Positions 49,221 through 60,794 of a DNA stretch of 64,000 nt are shown in pieces. The number at the start of each line of letters is the position of its first letter. Position 1 is the stretch's first letter. Origin of the DNA: Pseudomonadota bacterium (GTDB taxonomy: Bacteria; Campylobacterota; Campylobacteria; Campylobacterales; Campylobacteraceae); contig PDPI01000023.1 of NCBI GenBank assembly GCA_002746565.1, forward strand, positions 16,037-80,036, given 5' to 3'. The notes under the pieces are model-generated. The model was not told the DNA's origin and searched no databases. It saw only the letters and a list, made by a program, of their open reading frames with translations. The position numbers were made by a program, and so were the translations under genes.

Positions 49221-49511
49221 ATGAAAATTGACAATGATTTACTTACAAAATTGGAAAAATTATCGTCTTTAAAAATAAGCGATTCAAAAAGAGATGAAAC
49301 CATAGGACAATTAAGCGAAATTGTTAATTTTGTTGAAAATTTAAACGAGCTAGATCTAGATAATCAATTGGCAACATTTACTACCCTAGAGGGCGGAACA
49401 CCAATGAGAAAGGATGTTAGCTCTTCTAGTAAGGAAACCATCAAGGTTATCTTAGAAAATTCTCCCAAGCATGAGGGAAGATTTTTTTCTGTCCCAGCCA
49501 TCATAGAGTAG
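49221..49511 (+). CDS. gatC: Asp/Glu-tRNA amidotransferase subunit C
   Basis: 96 aa with the GatC pattern (LAKLSSLKISD...VNFVENLNELD). Confidence 0.9.
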   Translation: MKIDNDLLTKLEKLSSLKISDSKRDETIGQLSEIVNFVENLNELDLDNQLATFTTLEGGTPMRKDVSSSSKETIKVILENSPKHEGRFFSVPAIIE

Positions 49512-49522
49512 AAAGGATATTT

Positions 49523-50593
49523 GTGGCAAATATAAGCATAAAAGCTTTACTAAAAAATGTTGTATCCCACAAAGCTTCAGACCTACACCTAGTTAGCAGG
49601 AGTGAACCAAAGGTTAGGATAGATGGTAAATTGATAGGTGTAAATTTAGAAAAATTAGATGGAAAAAGTATAGGGCAAATGTGTTATGCCTTACTAAGCG
49701 ATGGGCAAAAAAAAGTTTTAGAAGAGAATAAAGAGTTAGATTTTGCCATAGAATTTCCCGAATTTGGTCGCTTTCGTGCAAATTATTATTACACTATAAA
49801 TGGAGATCTAGCAGCTTCTTTTAGGATAATTCCTATGGATATTCCAAGCCTAGATGAACTAAAAGCACCCAAGGTGTTTAAAGAATTGGTAAAAAAAGAA
49901 AAGGGACTCATCCTAGTAACAGGTCCAACCGGAAGCGGTAAATCAACCACCCTTGCGGCACTTTTAAACGAAATAAATTTATATGAAAAAAAACATATCA
50001 TAACCATAGAAGACCCAGTAGAATTTGTACATGAAAATAAAAAATCATTATTTTCCCATAGAAATGTAGGCGAAGATACTAAAACTTTTGCAAAGGCTCT
50101 TAGATCTTCTTTGCGTGAAGATCCAGATGTTATATTGATCGGAGAAATGAGGGACAAAGAGACCATAAGCGCTGCCATTACAGCCGCTCAAACGGGACAT
50201 TTAGTCTTTGCAACTCTTCACACAAATTCAGCAATACAAACCCTAGATCGCATAGTGGATAGTTTTGAAGGAAATGAACAATCACAGATAAGAAGTATGC
50301 TCTCATCCTCCCTAAGTGCTGTAATTTCCCAAAGTTTACTCCCTAAAATTGGTGGAGGTCGCATAGGGATATATGAGATCATGATAAATAATTTTGCGAT
50401 TTCAAATCTCATAAGGGAAGATAAAATTCATCAAATTTATTCACAGATTCAATTAAATCAACAAAAAACCAGAATGATGACCCAAACACAATGTATGCTA
50501 GAAAATATACGCTCAAACAACATAAGTAAAGAAGATGCGCTTAGGTTTTCAACCCAACCCCAAGAATTACTAAACTCATTGGGTAAAATTTAA
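49523..50593 (+). CDS. pilT: PilT-family type IV pilus retraction ATPase
   Basis: 356 aa with a GTG start, Walker A GPTGSGKST, an Asp box, Walker B ILIGEMRD and a His box TGHLVFATLHT. Confidence 0.85.
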   Translation: MANISIKALLKNVVSHKASDLHLVSRSEPKVRIDGKLIGVNLEKLDGKSIGQMCYALLSDGQKKVLEENKELDFAIEFPEFGRFRANYYYTINGDLAASFRIIPMDIPSLDELKAPKVFKELVKKEKGLILVTGPTGSGKSTTLAALLNEINLYEKKHIITIEDPVEFVHENKKSLFSHRNVGEDTKTFAKALRSSLREDPDVILIGEMRDKETISAAITAAQTGHLVFATLHTNSAIQTLDRIVDSFEGNEQSQIRSMLSSSLSAVISQSLLPKIGGGRIGIYEIMINNFAISNLIREDKIHQIYSQIQLNQQKTRMMTQTQCMLENIRSNNISKEDALRFSTQPQELLNSLGKI

Positions 50594-50632
50594 TGAAAAA
50601 ATTAAAAAAAATAAACAAAATAAGGAAATATC

Positions 50633-51265
50633 ATGATGGATCAATTCGTATGGTTTGACATTATCACTTTAGGTTTAATACTAATCCTAGCCATAAAAGG
50701 CGTGATGAATGGTTTTATAAAGGAAGTCTTTGGGCTTGTGGGAATTGTTGGAGGTATATATTTCGCCTTTCGCTTTGCTGAGAAAATTGGAACATGGATA
50801 AGCATAAATTTTTATGCCCTAGAAAACGAATCCATACTATTTATAGTGGGATTTTTAGCTATTTTGCTTGCATTTTGGATATCATCCATACTACTAGGAA
50901 ACATTTTTGCCAAAATGATATCCATAAGTGGTTTAAGGGGAATAGATGCCATAGGCGGTTTTTTAGTGGGAGGAGCAAAGATATTTTTTGTTTTTTCTGT
51001 TTTATTTTTATTATTGTCCAATATAGCTTTTGTAAAGGAAAAATTAGACCAATACCTTCACAATAGTCTCATGTATCCAGCCTTTTTGAAAACTGGAGCC
51101 TTCATAGCAAACATGAAAACTAGTGATTTTGTAAAAGCAAAAAAAATAAACATTGATACAAATGAATCAACACCAGAGTCGTCCGATGTGGCGGATCAAA
51201 ACCATGAGGCTAATGGATCTATCCAAGAAGCCACTGAAAACAAAAATCAAAAGGATGAATTATGA
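50633..51265 (+). CDS. cvpA: CvpA-family membrane protein
   Basis: 210 aa with 4 TM helices and an acidic tail. Located upstream of fur. Confidence 0.8.
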   Translation: MMDQFVWFDIITLGLILILAIKGVMNGFIKEVFGLVGIVGGIYFAFRFAEKIGTWISINFYALENESILFIVGFLAILLAFWISSILLGNIFAKMISISGLRGIDAIGGFLVGGAKIFFVFSVLFLLLSNIAFVKEKLDQYLHNSLMYPAFLKTGAFIANMKTSDFVKAKKINIDTNESTPESSDVADQNHEANGSIQEATENKNQKDEL

Positions 51266-51720
51266 TTGAAAATCTAGAATATGATAGTTTATTGGAAAAA
51301 TTTAAAATACTTTTAAAAACAAATAGTCTAAAATACACAAAACAAAGAGAAGCCGTTTTAAAGGTGCTTTACAACAATGAAAGCCACTTTTCCCCAGAAA
51401 ATCTATATTCTTTAGTGAAGAAAAATTACCCAGATCTAAATATAGGAATAGCAACGGTTTATAGAACCCTAAATCTACTTGAAGAATCCGAGATGGTAAC
51501 ATCCATATCCTTCGGGGCGCAAGGTAAAAAATACGAAATAGCAACCAAACCCCACCATGATCATATGATTTGTAAAAATTGCAATAAAATCATAGAATTT
51601 GAAGATGAAGTGATAGAGAAAAGACAAAGGGTTATATCAAAAAAACATGATTTTAAGCTAACAGGGCATCTAATGCAACTTTATGGAATATGCAAAGAAT
51701 GCAGCCAAAAAAACTCATAA
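51262..51720 (+). CDS. fur: ferric uptake regulator
   Basis: 152 aa with a wHTH, HHDHMIC and two CxxC pairs (CKNC, CKEC). Confidence 0.9.
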   Translation: MIENLEYDSLLEKFKILLKTNSLKYTKQREAVLKVLYNNESHFSPENLYSLVKKNYPDLNIGIATVYRTLNLLEESEMVTSISFGAQGKKYEIATKPHHDHMICKNCNKIIEFEDEVIEKRQRVISKKHDFKLTGHLMQLYGICKECSQKNS

Positions 51721-51732
51721 AGGAAATTTTTA

Positions 51733-53232
51733 GTGATCTTTAACCACCAATTAGAACAACAACGTATAGAAAAATCTAGCGTCTTAAAACAAAGCGGACA
51801 TTATCCATATCCCCATGGCATAAAAAAAGATACATCCACAGATGAATTTAAAAAACTTTACCAAAACCTAGAGGGAAAGGATGAGAGCCAAAACCATACC
51901 ATAGCAGGACGTATAAAGTTTCTACGCCACATGGGAAAAGCAGCCTTTGCAAAGATAGAAGATGAAAGTGGAAGTTTACAGATTTATTTCAATAAAGATG
52001 CCCTAGGGGATGAATGGTTTAAAAGCGTTAAAAAACTCATAGAAGTTGGAGATATCATAGTAGTAAGTGGTTATCCTTTTCTTACAAAAACCAAAGAGTT
52101 AAGCTTACATGTAAAAACCCTCAACATTGCCACAAAGGCCATAACTCCACTTCCCGAAAAATTTCACGGACTTCAAGATAAGGAACTTAGATATCGCCAA
52201 AGATACCTAGATATGATAATGAATCCTGAAGTTAAGGATGATTTTAAGGTAAGAAGCCAGGTTGTTAAAACCATGAGGCGATTTTTTGAAGATAAGGGCT
52301 TTTTAGAAGTTGAAACTCCCATGATGCACCCAATAGCAGGTGGAGCTAATGCAAAACCTTTCATAACCCACCACAATGCACTAGGCATTGATAGGTTTTT
52401 AAGAATCGCACCTGAGCTTTACCTAAAAAGATTAGTTGTTGGTGGTTTTAATGCGGTTTTTGAGATAAATAGAAACTTTAGAAATGAAGGCATGGATCAA
52501 ACCCATAACCCAGAATTTACCATGTTAGAATTTTACTGGGCTTACCATGATTATAATGATTTGATGGATCTAACTGAAGAATTGGTTAGTGAGCTTTTAG
52601 AAAAATTAGATCTACCCAAAAAACTCCCATTTGGAGATATGGAAATTGATTTTTCTAAAAAATATGCTAGGATAAAATATCTAGATGCTATTACGCAAAT
52701 TGGTGGTATAGATAAGGATATTTTATGCGATAAAGACAAGATTTTACAAAAACTAAAACAAGACGGATTTGAAGCAAATGCAAATCTTAGCCTTGGCTAC
52801 TTACACGCAGAACTTTTTGATAACTATGTGGAAGAAAAGCTTATAAACCCAACCTTTATAACCCATTTTCCAATAGCCATAAGCCCGCTTTCAAGAAGAA
52901 GCGATGAGGATGAAAATATAGCTGAAAGGTTTGAACTTTTTATGGCTGGGCGCGAGATAGCAAATGGATTTAACGAGTTAAATGACCCCCTTGACCAATA
53001 CGAAAGATTTGCAAAACAAATCGAAGCCAAAGACGCAGGGGATGATGAAGCCCATGAAATGGATGAAGATTATGTAAGAGCATTGGGTTATGGAATGCCA
53101 CCAACCGCAGGGCAAGGCATAGGCATAGATAGACTTGTAATGCTTTTGACAAATAGAGAGTCCATAAGGGATGTGATACTATTTCCTGCCATGAAACCGC
53201 TAAAAAAAGAAACAAATGAGGATATGCAATGA
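51733..53232 (+). CDS. lysS: lysine--tRNA ligase (class II)
   Basis: 499 aa with an OB anticodon domain and class II motifs 1-3 ([26 protein letters not shown]). Confidence 0.95.
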   Translation: MIFNHQLEQQRIEKSSVLKQSGHYPYPHGIKKDTSTDEFKKLYQNLEGKDESQNHTIAGRIKFLRHMGKAAFAKIEDESGSLQIYFNKDALGDEWFKSVKKLIEVGDIIVVSGYPFLTKTKELSLHVKTLNIATKAITPLPEKFHGLQDKELRYRQRYLDMIMNPEVKDDFKVRSQVVKTMRRFFEDKGFLEVETPMMHPIAGGANAKPFITHHNALGIDRFLRIAPELYLKRLVVGGFNAVFEINRNFRNEGMDQTHNPEFTMLEFYWAYHDYNDLMDLTEELVSELLEKLDLPKKLPFGDMEIDFSKKYARIKYLDAITQIGGIDKDILCDKDKILQKLKQDGFEANANLSLGYLHAELFDNYVEEKLINPTFITHFPIAISPLSRRSDEDENIAERFELFMAGREIANGFNELNDPLDQYERFAKQIEAKDAGDDEAHEMDEDYVRALGYGMPPTAGQGIGIDRLVMLLTNRESIRDVILFPAMKPLKKETNEDMQ

Positions 53233-54473
53233 GCTTAAAAAATGAAGATTTAGAGATATATAAGCTAGTTCAAAGCGAACTAGATCGCCAATGCGATGGT
53301 TTAGAAATGATAGCTAGTGAAAACTTTACTTACCCAGCTGTGATGGAAGTTATGGGCAGTATTTTAACAAACAAATATGCCGAAGGATACCCAAACAAAA
53401 GATATTACGGCGGATGTGAATTTGTGGATAAGATAGAACAAATCGCCATCGATAGAGCTTGCAAACTTTTTGGATGCAAATTTGCAAATGTCCAGCCAAA
53501 CTCCGGAAGCCAAGCAAACCAAGGGGTTTACCAAGCCCTGTTAAAAAGAGGCGATAAGATTTTAGGAATGGATCTAAGCCACGGCGGACACTTAACCCAT
53601 GGCTCAAAGGTAAGCAGTTCTGGAAAAACCTATGAAAGCTTTTTTTACGGAGTTGAACTAGATGGAAGAATCAATTACGATAAGGTAAGGGAGATTGCCA
53701 ACATAGTAAAACCAAAGCTTATAGTTTGCGGGGCGTCAGCCTATGCAAGGGAGATTGATTTTGAAAAGTTTAGAAGTATTGCCGATGAGGTTGGAGCCTA
53801 TCTTTTTGCCGACATAGCCCACATAGCTGGGCTTGTAGCTGCGGGTGAACATCCAAATCCATTTCCCCATTGTCATGTGGTCTCAACCACAACCCACAAA
53901 ACCCTAAGAGGACCACGTGGAGGACTGATACTAAGCAATGATGAAGAAATAGCCAAAAAAATAAATAGCGCCATTTTCCCAGGCATCCAAGGTGGACCCT
54001 TAATGCACGTAATAGCCGCAAAGGCAGTTGGATTTAAAGAAAACCTAAAGCCAGAATGGAAAACCTACGCCAAACAAGTAAAGGCAAACGCAAAGGTATT
54101 GGGCGAAGTTCTAAAAAAGCGTGGCTACAACATAGTAAGTGGCGGAACAGACAACCATCTAATCCTTGTTAGCTTTTTGGATAAACCCTTTAGTGGAAAA
54201 GATGCAGATGAAGCCCTTGGAAATGCAGGAATAACCATAAACAAAAACACCGTTCCAGGAGAAAAAAGAAGCCCCTTTGTAACCTCAGGCATAAGGATCG
54301 GCTCTCCAGCCCTAACAGCAAGAGGCATGAGGGAAGCAGAATTTGAACAAATAGCAAACATCATAGCAGATATCTTAGATGATATAGAAAATAAAGACGT
54401 CCAAGCAAAGGCTAGGGAAAAAACTAAAAAATTAGCATCTAAATTTGTGATTTATGATAAAGCTTTATATTAA
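53229..54473 (+). CDS. glyA: serine hydroxymethyltransferase
   Basis: 414 aa with the PLP-Lys motif [12 protein letters not shown]. Confidence 0.95.
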   Translation: MSLKNEDLEIYKLVQSELDRQCDGLEMIASENFTYPAVMEVMGSILTNKYAEGYPNKRYYGGCEFVDKIEQIAIDRACKLFGCKFANVQPNSGSQANQGVYQALLKRGDKILGMDLSHGGHLTHGSKVSSSGKTYESFFYGVELDGRINYDKVREIANIVKPKLIVCGASAYAREIDFEKFRSIADEVGAYLFADIAHIAGLVAAGEHPNPFPHCHVVSTTTHKTLRGPRGGLILSNDEEIAKKINSAIFPGIQGGPLMHVIAAKAVGFKENLKPEWKTYAKQVKANAKVLGEVLKKRGYNIVSGGTDNHLILVSFLDKPFSGKDADEALGNAGITINKNTVPGEKRSPFVTSGIRIGSPALTARGMREAEFEQIANIIADILDDIENKDVQAKAREKTKKLASKFVIYDKALY

Positions 54474-54483
54474 GGAGTAAAAG

Positions 54484-55215
54484 ATGGAAACTAGAGATGA
54501 TCTAAAGGATATTTTGTTGGAAAAAGATGTGGAACAAAAGGCATCTAAGGCGAAAAAAATTGCTTTAATAGCTGGTATTTTGATCCTTGTTTTTTTGATT
54601 GTTGTTATAGCCATGAAGGTTCTACAAAAGCCAGAACCAAGCCATAAAGATCCCATTGCAAACATCCAAACAAAACCTAAAAATGTAGATGTAGATAATT
54701 CTTCTTTTAAACAAGTTCCCATCGTAAAAAAGGAAACTAAAAACGAGAGTTTCGAAGAAATGGTCAAAAAACTAAAAGAAAAAGAAAAGCAAAGGGTTGA
54801 ACAAGAAAAAGAAGAAATCAAGGTCGAACCCAAGCAACAAGTCCAAAAACCAAAAGAAGACCCCGAACCTAAAAAAATTGCAAAAATACCAACCATAGAA
54901 GCTCCTGTGATAAAACAAGTTAAACCAAAAAAACAAAAACCTAAAACAAGTAAGCCAGTCCAAAAGAAAGATAAATTAGTTGGCAACATATATATACAAG
55001 TTTTAGCATCTACAAATATGAATCCAGATAAAAAGTTTGTGGATAAAATAAAAGCTAGCAAATACCCATATATCCTATATAAAACAAGGGTAAAGGGAAC
55101 TTCTTATATGAAGTTGTTAATAGGACCCTATAAAAATACAAAGCAAGCTCGCAAGGCTCTTACAAAGATCAAAAGAAACCTAGCGCCAAAAGCTTTTATA
55201 TTTCGTAAAAAATAA
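54484..55215 (+). CDS. SPOR-domain membrane protein with a Lys/Glu/Pro-rich linker
   Basis: 243 aa with an N-terminal TM segment, a low-complexity KEKPQ linker and a C-terminal SPOR-like region (YIQVLAS...LLIGPYKNTKQARKAL). Confidence 0.75.
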   Translation: METRDDLKDILLEKDVEQKASKAKKIALIAGILILVFLIVVIAMKVLQKPEPSHKDPIANIQTKPKNVDVDNSSFKQVPIVKKETKNESFEEMVKKLKEKEKQRVEQEKEEIKVEPKQQVQKPKEDPEPKKIAKIPTIEAPVIKQVKPKKQKPKTSKPVQKKDKLVGNIYIQVLASTNMNPDKKFVDKIKASKYPYILYKTRVKGTSYMKLLIGPYKNTKQARKALTKIKRNLAPKAFIFRKK

Positions 55216-55219
55216 TTTA

Positions 55220-56011
55220 ATGGAAGTTTTTGCAGTATTTGGTAAACCCATAAAGCATTCCATATCCCCAAGAATGCATAACCTTGCTCTAAAAAATTTA
55301 GATCTAAACGGGATTTATACCAGGTACTGCCTAAAAAAAGGCGAAGATTTAGCAAAAACTTTTCACCATCTAAAACTTAGCGGAGCTAACGTAACGATTC
55401 CATACAAAGAATTTGCCCACAATCAATGCGACAAGGTTGTAGGAATAGCCAAAGAAATAAAAGCCGTAAATACCATAGTAAAAAAAGACGATAAACTCCT
55501 AGGCTACAATACAGATGCCCCAGGCTTCATCCTAGCCATAAAAGACTTTTTGCCCCTAAAAAATGCCTTGATCTTAGGTGCTGGAGGAACAGCTAAAGCC
55601 ATATGTTGTGCTTTAAAAAATGAGGGCCTTAGGATTAGCATAGTAAATAGAAGCAAAAAAAGATTGGAAGATTTTGCAGATCTAGATGTTAGTTTGTATG
55701 ATTGGAATTCCTACGAACCAAAACCCTTTGACATCATCATAAATACAACTTCAGCTGGATTAAATGACGAACTTTTACCCCTCCCAGAGCACTTGCTTTT
55801 ACCAACCATCAAACAGGCAAAATACGCCTTTGATGTTATATACCACAAACAAACACCCTTTTTAGATGCATGCAAAAAACACCACCTAAAGTGCAAGGAT
55901 GGCAAGGAAATGCTTCTTTATCAAGGGGTTTTAGCCTTTGAAATTTTCTTTGACAATAAACATAAACAATCCCAAATTGCAAAATATATGAGCTTAGTTT
56001 TTGATTTATAA
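55220..56011 (+). CDS. aroE: shikimate dehydrogenase
   Basis: 263 aa with the motifs HSISPRMHN, NVTIPYK and LGAGGTAKA. Confidence 0.9.
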   Translation: MEVFAVFGKPIKHSISPRMHNLALKNLDLNGIYTRYCLKKGEDLAKTFHHLKLSGANVTIPYKEFAHNQCDKVVGIAKEIKAVNTIVKKDDKLLGYNTDAPGFILAIKDFLPLKNALILGAGGTAKAICCALKNEGLRISIVNRSKKRLEDFADLDVSLYDWNSYEPKPFDIIINTTSAGLNDELLPLPEHLLLPTIKQAKYAFDVIYHKQTPFLDACKKHHLKCKDGKEMLLYQGVLAFEIFFDNKHKQSQIAKYMSLVFDL

Positions 56012-56071
56012 TTGAATTTATACTATTTTTGTGTTAAAATCAAAGTGAAATTTACATTTTAAGGAGTAAGC

Positions 56072-56875
56072 TTGAGTATTCTAAAAGACAAAAAACAAAC
56101 CATAAACTCCATACAAGACAAAAAAAATGTAGAAAAAATAACCATGATAACAGCTTATGATACCCTATTTGCAAAGATATTTGATGAAAGTGTTGATATG
56201 ATCTTAGTGGGTGATAGTTTAAGTATGAGCTTTGGGGGCGATGATGATACCTTAAAGATTAGCCTAGAAGAGATGATCTACCATACAAAAGCAGTTTGCA
56301 AAGGAGCCAAAAACGCTTTGATAGTCTTTGATATGCCCTTTGGAACATATACAAACAAGGAAAAAGCCCTAAAAAATGCCATAAAAGTTTACAAAAACAC
56401 CAAAGCCCATGCCATAAAAATAGAGGGCGGAGAAGATAAGGCTGAAATTATAAAACACCTTACCCAAAATGGAATAGCAGTTGTAGCCCACATAGGACTT
56501 TTACCACAAAATGTTAGAAGCGAGGGCGGTTATAAGGTTAAAGGAAGAAATGAAAGCGAGGCAAAACAGCTCAAAAAAGATGCAAAAGCAGTAGAAAAAG
56601 CTGGGGCTTTTTGTGTTGTACTAGAGGGTATAAAAAGCCAAGTTGCCACCCAGATAAGCAAAAGCCTTCAAGTACCAACCATAGGCATAGGTGCAGGAAA
56701 TGGAACAGATGGACAAGTGCTAGTTTGGAGCGATGCCTTTGGATTTTTTGAAGATTTTAAACCAAAATTTGCAAAACGCTATCTTGAAGGCGGAAGATTA
56801 GTAAGAGATGCCCTAAATTCCTACATAAAAGAAGTAAAAGATGGAACTTTTCCAGATGCTAAACATAGTTATTAG
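56072..56875 (+). CDS. panB: 3-methyl-2-oxobutanoate hydroxymethyltransferase
   Basis: 267 aa with a TTG start after AAGGAG, plus the motifs MITAYD, VGDSL and KIEGG. Confidence 0.9.
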   Translation: MSILKDKKQTINSIQDKKNVEKITMITAYDTLFAKIFDESVDMILVGDSLSMSFGGDDDTLKISLEEMIYHTKAVCKGAKNALIVFDMPFGTYTNKEKALKNAIKVYKNTKAHAIKIEGGEDKAEIIKHLTQNGIAVVAHIGLLPQNVRSEGGYKVKGRNESEAKQLKKDAKAVEKAGAFCVVLEGIKSQVATQISKSLQVPTIGIGAGNGTDGQVLVWSDAFGFFEDFKPKFAKRYLEGGRLVRDALNSYIKEVKDGTFPDAKHSY

Positions 56876-56891
56876 ATCAAGGTTATTTTAA

Positions 56892-57914
56892 GTGGAACGC
56901 ATAGTTGAAATAGAAAAATTAAACCTAGAAAACGAGTACGAAAGCTCCCTTAGACCCTCAACTTGGGAAGATTATGTTGGGCAAGAAAAGATAAAAAGAA
57001 ATTTGCAAGTTTTCATAAAGGCTAGCAAAAAACGAAATGAAGCCTTAGATCACATACTTTTTTTCGGACCCCCAGGACTTGGAAAAACAACCCTAGCCCA
57101 CATAATCTCAAACGAAATGGAAGCAAACATCAAAATAACTGCCGCTCCAATGATAGAAAAAAGCGGAGATTTAGCGGCTATTTTGACCAACCTTGAAGAG
57201 GGAGAAATACTCTTCATAGACGAAATCCACAGGCTCTCTCCCGCCATCGAAGAGATCTTGTATCCTGCCATGGAGGATTTTCGCCTTGATATCATCATAG
57301 GTAGCGGCCCTGCAGCCCAAACCATAAAAATCGACCTGCCACGCTTTACTCTCATCGGAGCAACCACAAGAGCTGGCATGATAAGCTCCCCTTTGCGAGA
57401 TAGATTTGGCATACATTTTAGATTGCAATTTTATGAAACAAAAGAGCTCGCCCAGATAGTCAAAAAAGCAGGGCTTAAACTGGAAAAACCCTGCCTAGAT
57501 GATGCGAGCTTAGAACTTGCCAAACGAAGTCGTGGAACCCCTAGAATTGCCCTAAGACTTTTAAAAAGGGTAAGAGATTTTGCTGATGTGGAAAATGAAG
57601 AGAATATAAATCTAGTTCGCGCAAGATATGCCCTAGATGAGCTTGGAGTAAACGATCTAGGTTTTGATGAGATGGATTTGCGCTACCTAAACATACTTCT
57701 AGATGCCAAATCCCGCCCCTTAGGACTAAACACCATAGCAGCAGCTCTTAGCGAAGATGAGGGAACGATTGAGGATGTTATAGAGCCTTATCTGCTTTCA
57801 AAAGGATACATAGAGCGAACAGCCCGTGGACGCATAGCAACAACAAAATGCTATGAACTTTTCAAACTAACTCCCCAAGGAGAACAAAATCTTTTCGGAG
57901 AATACAATGGATAA
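56892..57914 (+). CDS. ruvB: Holliday junction branch migration helicase RuvB
   Basis: 340 aa with Walker [12 protein letters not shown] and Walker B LFIDEIHR. Confidence 0.95.
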   Translation: MERIVEIEKLNLENEYESSLRPSTWEDYVGQEKIKRNLQVFIKASKKRNEALDHILFFGPPGLGKTTLAHIISNEMEANIKITAAPMIEKSGDLAAILTNLEEGEILFIDEIHRLSPAIEEILYPAMEDFRLDIIIGSGPAAQTIKIDLPRFTLIGATTRAGMISSPLRDRFGIHFRLQFYETKELAQIVKKAGLKLEKPCLDDASLELAKRSRGTPRIALRLLKRVRDFADVENEENINLVRARYALDELGVNDLGFDEMDLRYLNILLDAKSRPLGLNTIAAALSEDEGTIEDVIEPYLLSKGYIERTARGRIATTKCYELFKLTPQGEQNLFGEYNG

Positions 57915-58968
57915 AAACAAAATCTTTTTAAGCACACTTTTTATCTTAGTTTTATACGCCATGGTGGTTTTATTTAAACCATTTTTGCTAAATATAGCCA
58001 TAGCTTCCCTGCTAGCCATCGCCACAATTCCCATACATAAAAAGATTTTGACCCTTGTTAAAAAACCCTTTATCGCATCTGGAATCACAACATTTTTACT
58101 TTGTATTTTATTTTTCGCCCCCATCGTTTACGCCATAAGTGTTTTAGCCAAAGAAGCCCTAAATTTTGATACTTCCATCATACAAAATACCATAACTTTT
58201 TTCAAAGAATACAAGCTAAATTTGCCTGAAAGTTTGCAATTTTTAGAACCAAAAATCAAAGAAATTTTAGTAAATTTAGATCTAGGAAAAATCTCAAGCA
58301 AGGTATTGGCAAATGCTGCATCATTTGGCAAAATGGGAGCTGGATTTTTTACAAATATGGTTCTAATAGTGGTATTTTTCTTCTTCGCAAATGCCTACGG
58401 GCGAGACATAATCGAATACATAAAAAGCGTCCTTCCAATGGAAAATGACGAAATTGAGATGATATTTTCCGAAATGGGCAATGTGATGAGCGTAGTTTTT
58501 TATTCCATCTTATTAACCGCATTTTTTGAGGGAACCTTATTTGCCTTTATAGGAATGTATTACGGATACAATGGATTTTTACTAGGCATCTTATACGGCT
58601 TTTGCTCCCTAATCCCAGTAGTCGGCGGAGCCTTAATGTGGCTTCCCATAAGTGCTTACGAATTTGCCAATGACAACACCCTAATAGCCCTCACCATAGC
58701 CCTTTATTCCATTCTAATTATCTCAATCATAGCCGATACTTTCATAAAACCACTCATCATAAAATACATCAACAACACCATCCTAGAAACCCCAACCGTG
58801 GTCAATGAACTTTTGATCTTCTTCGCCATCCTAGCCGGACTTTCCACCTTTGGCTTTTGGGGCATGATACTAGGACCCGCAATCACTACTTTTTTTCTTT
58901 CGATTTTGAAGATATATAAGATGTTAAAAGAGAGGAGTGAAAATAAGTTTTTATCTTTAAATAAATGA
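57907..58968 (+). CDS. AI-2E family transporter (PerM-like)
   Basis: 353 aa polytopic protein with the typical AI-2E C-terminal pattern ([14 protein letters not shown]). Confidence 0.8.
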   Translation: MDKNKIFLSTLFILVLYAMVVLFKPFLLNIAIASLLAIATIPIHKKILTLVKKPFIASGITTFLLCILFFAPIVYAISVLAKEALNFDTSIIQNTITFFKEYKLNLPESLQFLEPKIKEILVNLDLGKISSKVLANAASFGKMGAGFFTNMVLIVVFFFFANAYGRDIIEYIKSVLPMENDEIEMIFSEMGNVMSVVFYSILLTAFFEGTLFAFIGMYYGYNGFLLGILYGFCSLIPVVGGALMWLPISAYEFANDNTLIALTIALYSILIISIIADTFIKPLIIKYINNTILETPTVVNELLIFFAILAGLSTFGFWGMILGPAITTFFLSILKIYKMLKERSENKFLSLNK

Positions 58969-58983
58969 AGATATTTATGACTT

Positions 58984-59523
58984 TTATTGATATCCCTCAT
59001 AAAAATATGACTGTTCTATGCCTTTAAATATTACTTGTCTATCATCGATCTTATCGGTTAAATTTTCTTCTATCAAAACCCTCAGTTCTAAGTCATTAAT
59101 AGGGCTTCTCTCCATAGCTTGAAGGTAAAGGTTTTTATCCACAAATTGCCAATTAACGACTTTTTTAAGGTTCTTTTTTAAGATCAAATCAAGCCAAATT
59201 CTAGAACTTCTACCATTGCCTTCCATGAAAGGATGGGCAATATTTATTTCAACATATTTAGCTATTATATCTTCAAAGGTATTTTCTGGCATTTGTTCAA
59301 TTTTTACCAAAATTTCATTCAAATATAAACAATTAGCAAATCTAAAATTGCCCTTAGAAATATTTTTATCCCGTATTTTACCAGCAAAATTATAAAGTCC
59401 ACCGAATAAATATTTATGAATTTGTTTTAAACCTTCTATGGTTCCAACTTTCATATCTCTTATGTCATTTGTTTCAAAAAGTTTATAGGCATTTTGCAAA
59501 CTTTGTCCATCCACATTTTTCAT
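58984..59523 (-). CDS. fic: Fic-domain protein (AMPylase type) with a C-terminal inhibitory motif
   Basis: 179 aa with the Fic motif [12 protein letters not shown]. The C-terminus ...[10 protein letters not shown] matches (S/T)xxxE(G/N). Confidence 0.85.
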   Translation of the reverse strand: MKNVDGQSLQNAYKLFETNDIRDMKVGTIEGLKQIHKYLFGGLYNFAGKIRDKNISKGNFRFANCLYLNEILVKIEQMPENTFEDIIAKYVEINIAHPFMEGNGRSSRIWLDLILKKNLKKVVNWQFVDKNLYLQAMERSPINDLELRVLIEENLTDKIDDRQVIFKGIEQSYFYEGYQ

Positions 59524-59525
59524 CT

Positions 59526-60794
59526 CTAATCCCTCAAAGCTTCAGCTATCAATTCAATTGGATTTTTAAATAAAACTTCACTTTTATTTTGAAATAAAGA
59601 ATTTGTTATCTGCATCTTACAGGCACTGCATTCTGCACTTACATATTTGGCTTTTGTTTGATCTATCATTTGGGCTTTTTTATCGCCGATTGTTTTGGCT
59701 AGGTGGTGTTTTTCGGCTTGTATGGTAACTCCCCCAAAGCCGCAGCAGGCATTTGGATCGCTCATTTCTTTAAGTTTGTAATTTTGAGATAACAAAGAGC
59801 GTGGCTCTTTATAGATGCCTTGCATTTTTCTCGCATGACAGGGGTCGTGATAGGTTATAAGATCGGTTTGTTTTTGTTTTTTTGCTAAAAGATTTTTTAG
59901 ATCTGTATGCTTTTCTAGATACTCCGTTGCCATGAAAATCTTTTTATTTAGTTCTTTCATATCCTTGCTCAAACTTTCATCTCTTAAATCAAAAAAATGA
60001 GGATAATCTTCCTTTATCATGGCACTACAGGTTGCTTCTGGGATAACTATGGCATCTAGATCCTTTAAAACTTCTTTAAAATATGCTATATTTTTTCTTG
60101 CTAGGATATCGACCGTGTCAAAATCTCCCGTAAAGTAAGCAGGAGCTCCACAGCAGGCTTGTTTTTTAAGAAGATAAACATCGATTTTTAGGGCTTTAAA
60201 AATCTCCAACAATCCCTCGCCTATGTCTGTATAGTTATAGTTTGCCAAACATCCTATAAAAATGCCGACTTTTCCCTCTCCTCCATTTTCTATGATGGGT
60301 GGGTGGGAATTTAGAAAAGATTTTGAACCCAAAGATGGCAGAAGTCTATCTTTTTTTATCATGGGAAGTGAAAAACGTGGCTGCATGGAGTTAAGTTCAT
60401 CTTTTATCTTAAAACCACAGGTTTGGAAAATGTAGCCTAGCTTGCTTGCTAAATCCATAAAAAATCTATGCCTTAAAAACCAAAAAAAGGCTCGCTTATA
60501 AAAGGCTATGCCGTATTTTTTAGCTATGTCTGCTCTTACATTTTCTATCATGGCATCTATTGGTAAGGTATTTGGGCAAACATCCACACAATTTGTACAC
60601 AAAAAACAACTTTCAAAAATGTTTTTAGCGTTTTTGTCTAGATCTAAATCGCCCCTATCGTATGCTCCTAGTAATTCTAAAAAACCCCTAGGACTTGTTA
60701 CCTCATCAGGATTTGCTGTGTGTATGGTGCAAGTTGGGATGCACTTTCCGCATTTAACACATTCTTCACTTATGGATTTAAAATCTATCATCAT
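59526..60794 (-). CDS. (Fe-S)-binding oxidoreductase with two CCG domains (GlcF/HdrD-like)
   Basis: 422 aa with [11 protein letters not shown] and [12 protein letters not shown] ferredoxin motifs, and CCGAP / CCGFGG cysteine-rich motifs. Confidence 0.8.
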   Translation of the reverse strand: MMIDFKSISEECVKCGKCIPTCTIHTANPDEVTSPRGFLELLGAYDRGDLDLDKNAKNIFESCFLCTNCVDVCPNTLPIDAMIENVRADIAKKYGIAFYKRAFFWFLRHRFFMDLASKLGYIFQTCGFKIKDELNSMQPRFSLPMIKKDRLLPSLGSKSFLNSHPPIIENGGEGKVGIFIGCLANYNYTDIGEGLLEIFKALKIDVYLLKKQACCGAPAYFTGDFDTVDILARKNIAYFKEVLKDLDAIVIPEATCSAMIKEDYPHFFDLRDESLSKDMKELNKKIFMATEYLEKHTDLKNLLAKKQKQTDLITYHDPCHARKMQGIYKEPRSLLSQNYKLKEMSDPNACCGFGGVTIQAEKHHLAKTIGDKKAQMIDQTKAKYVSAECSACKMQITNSLFQNKSEVLFKNPIELIAEALRD

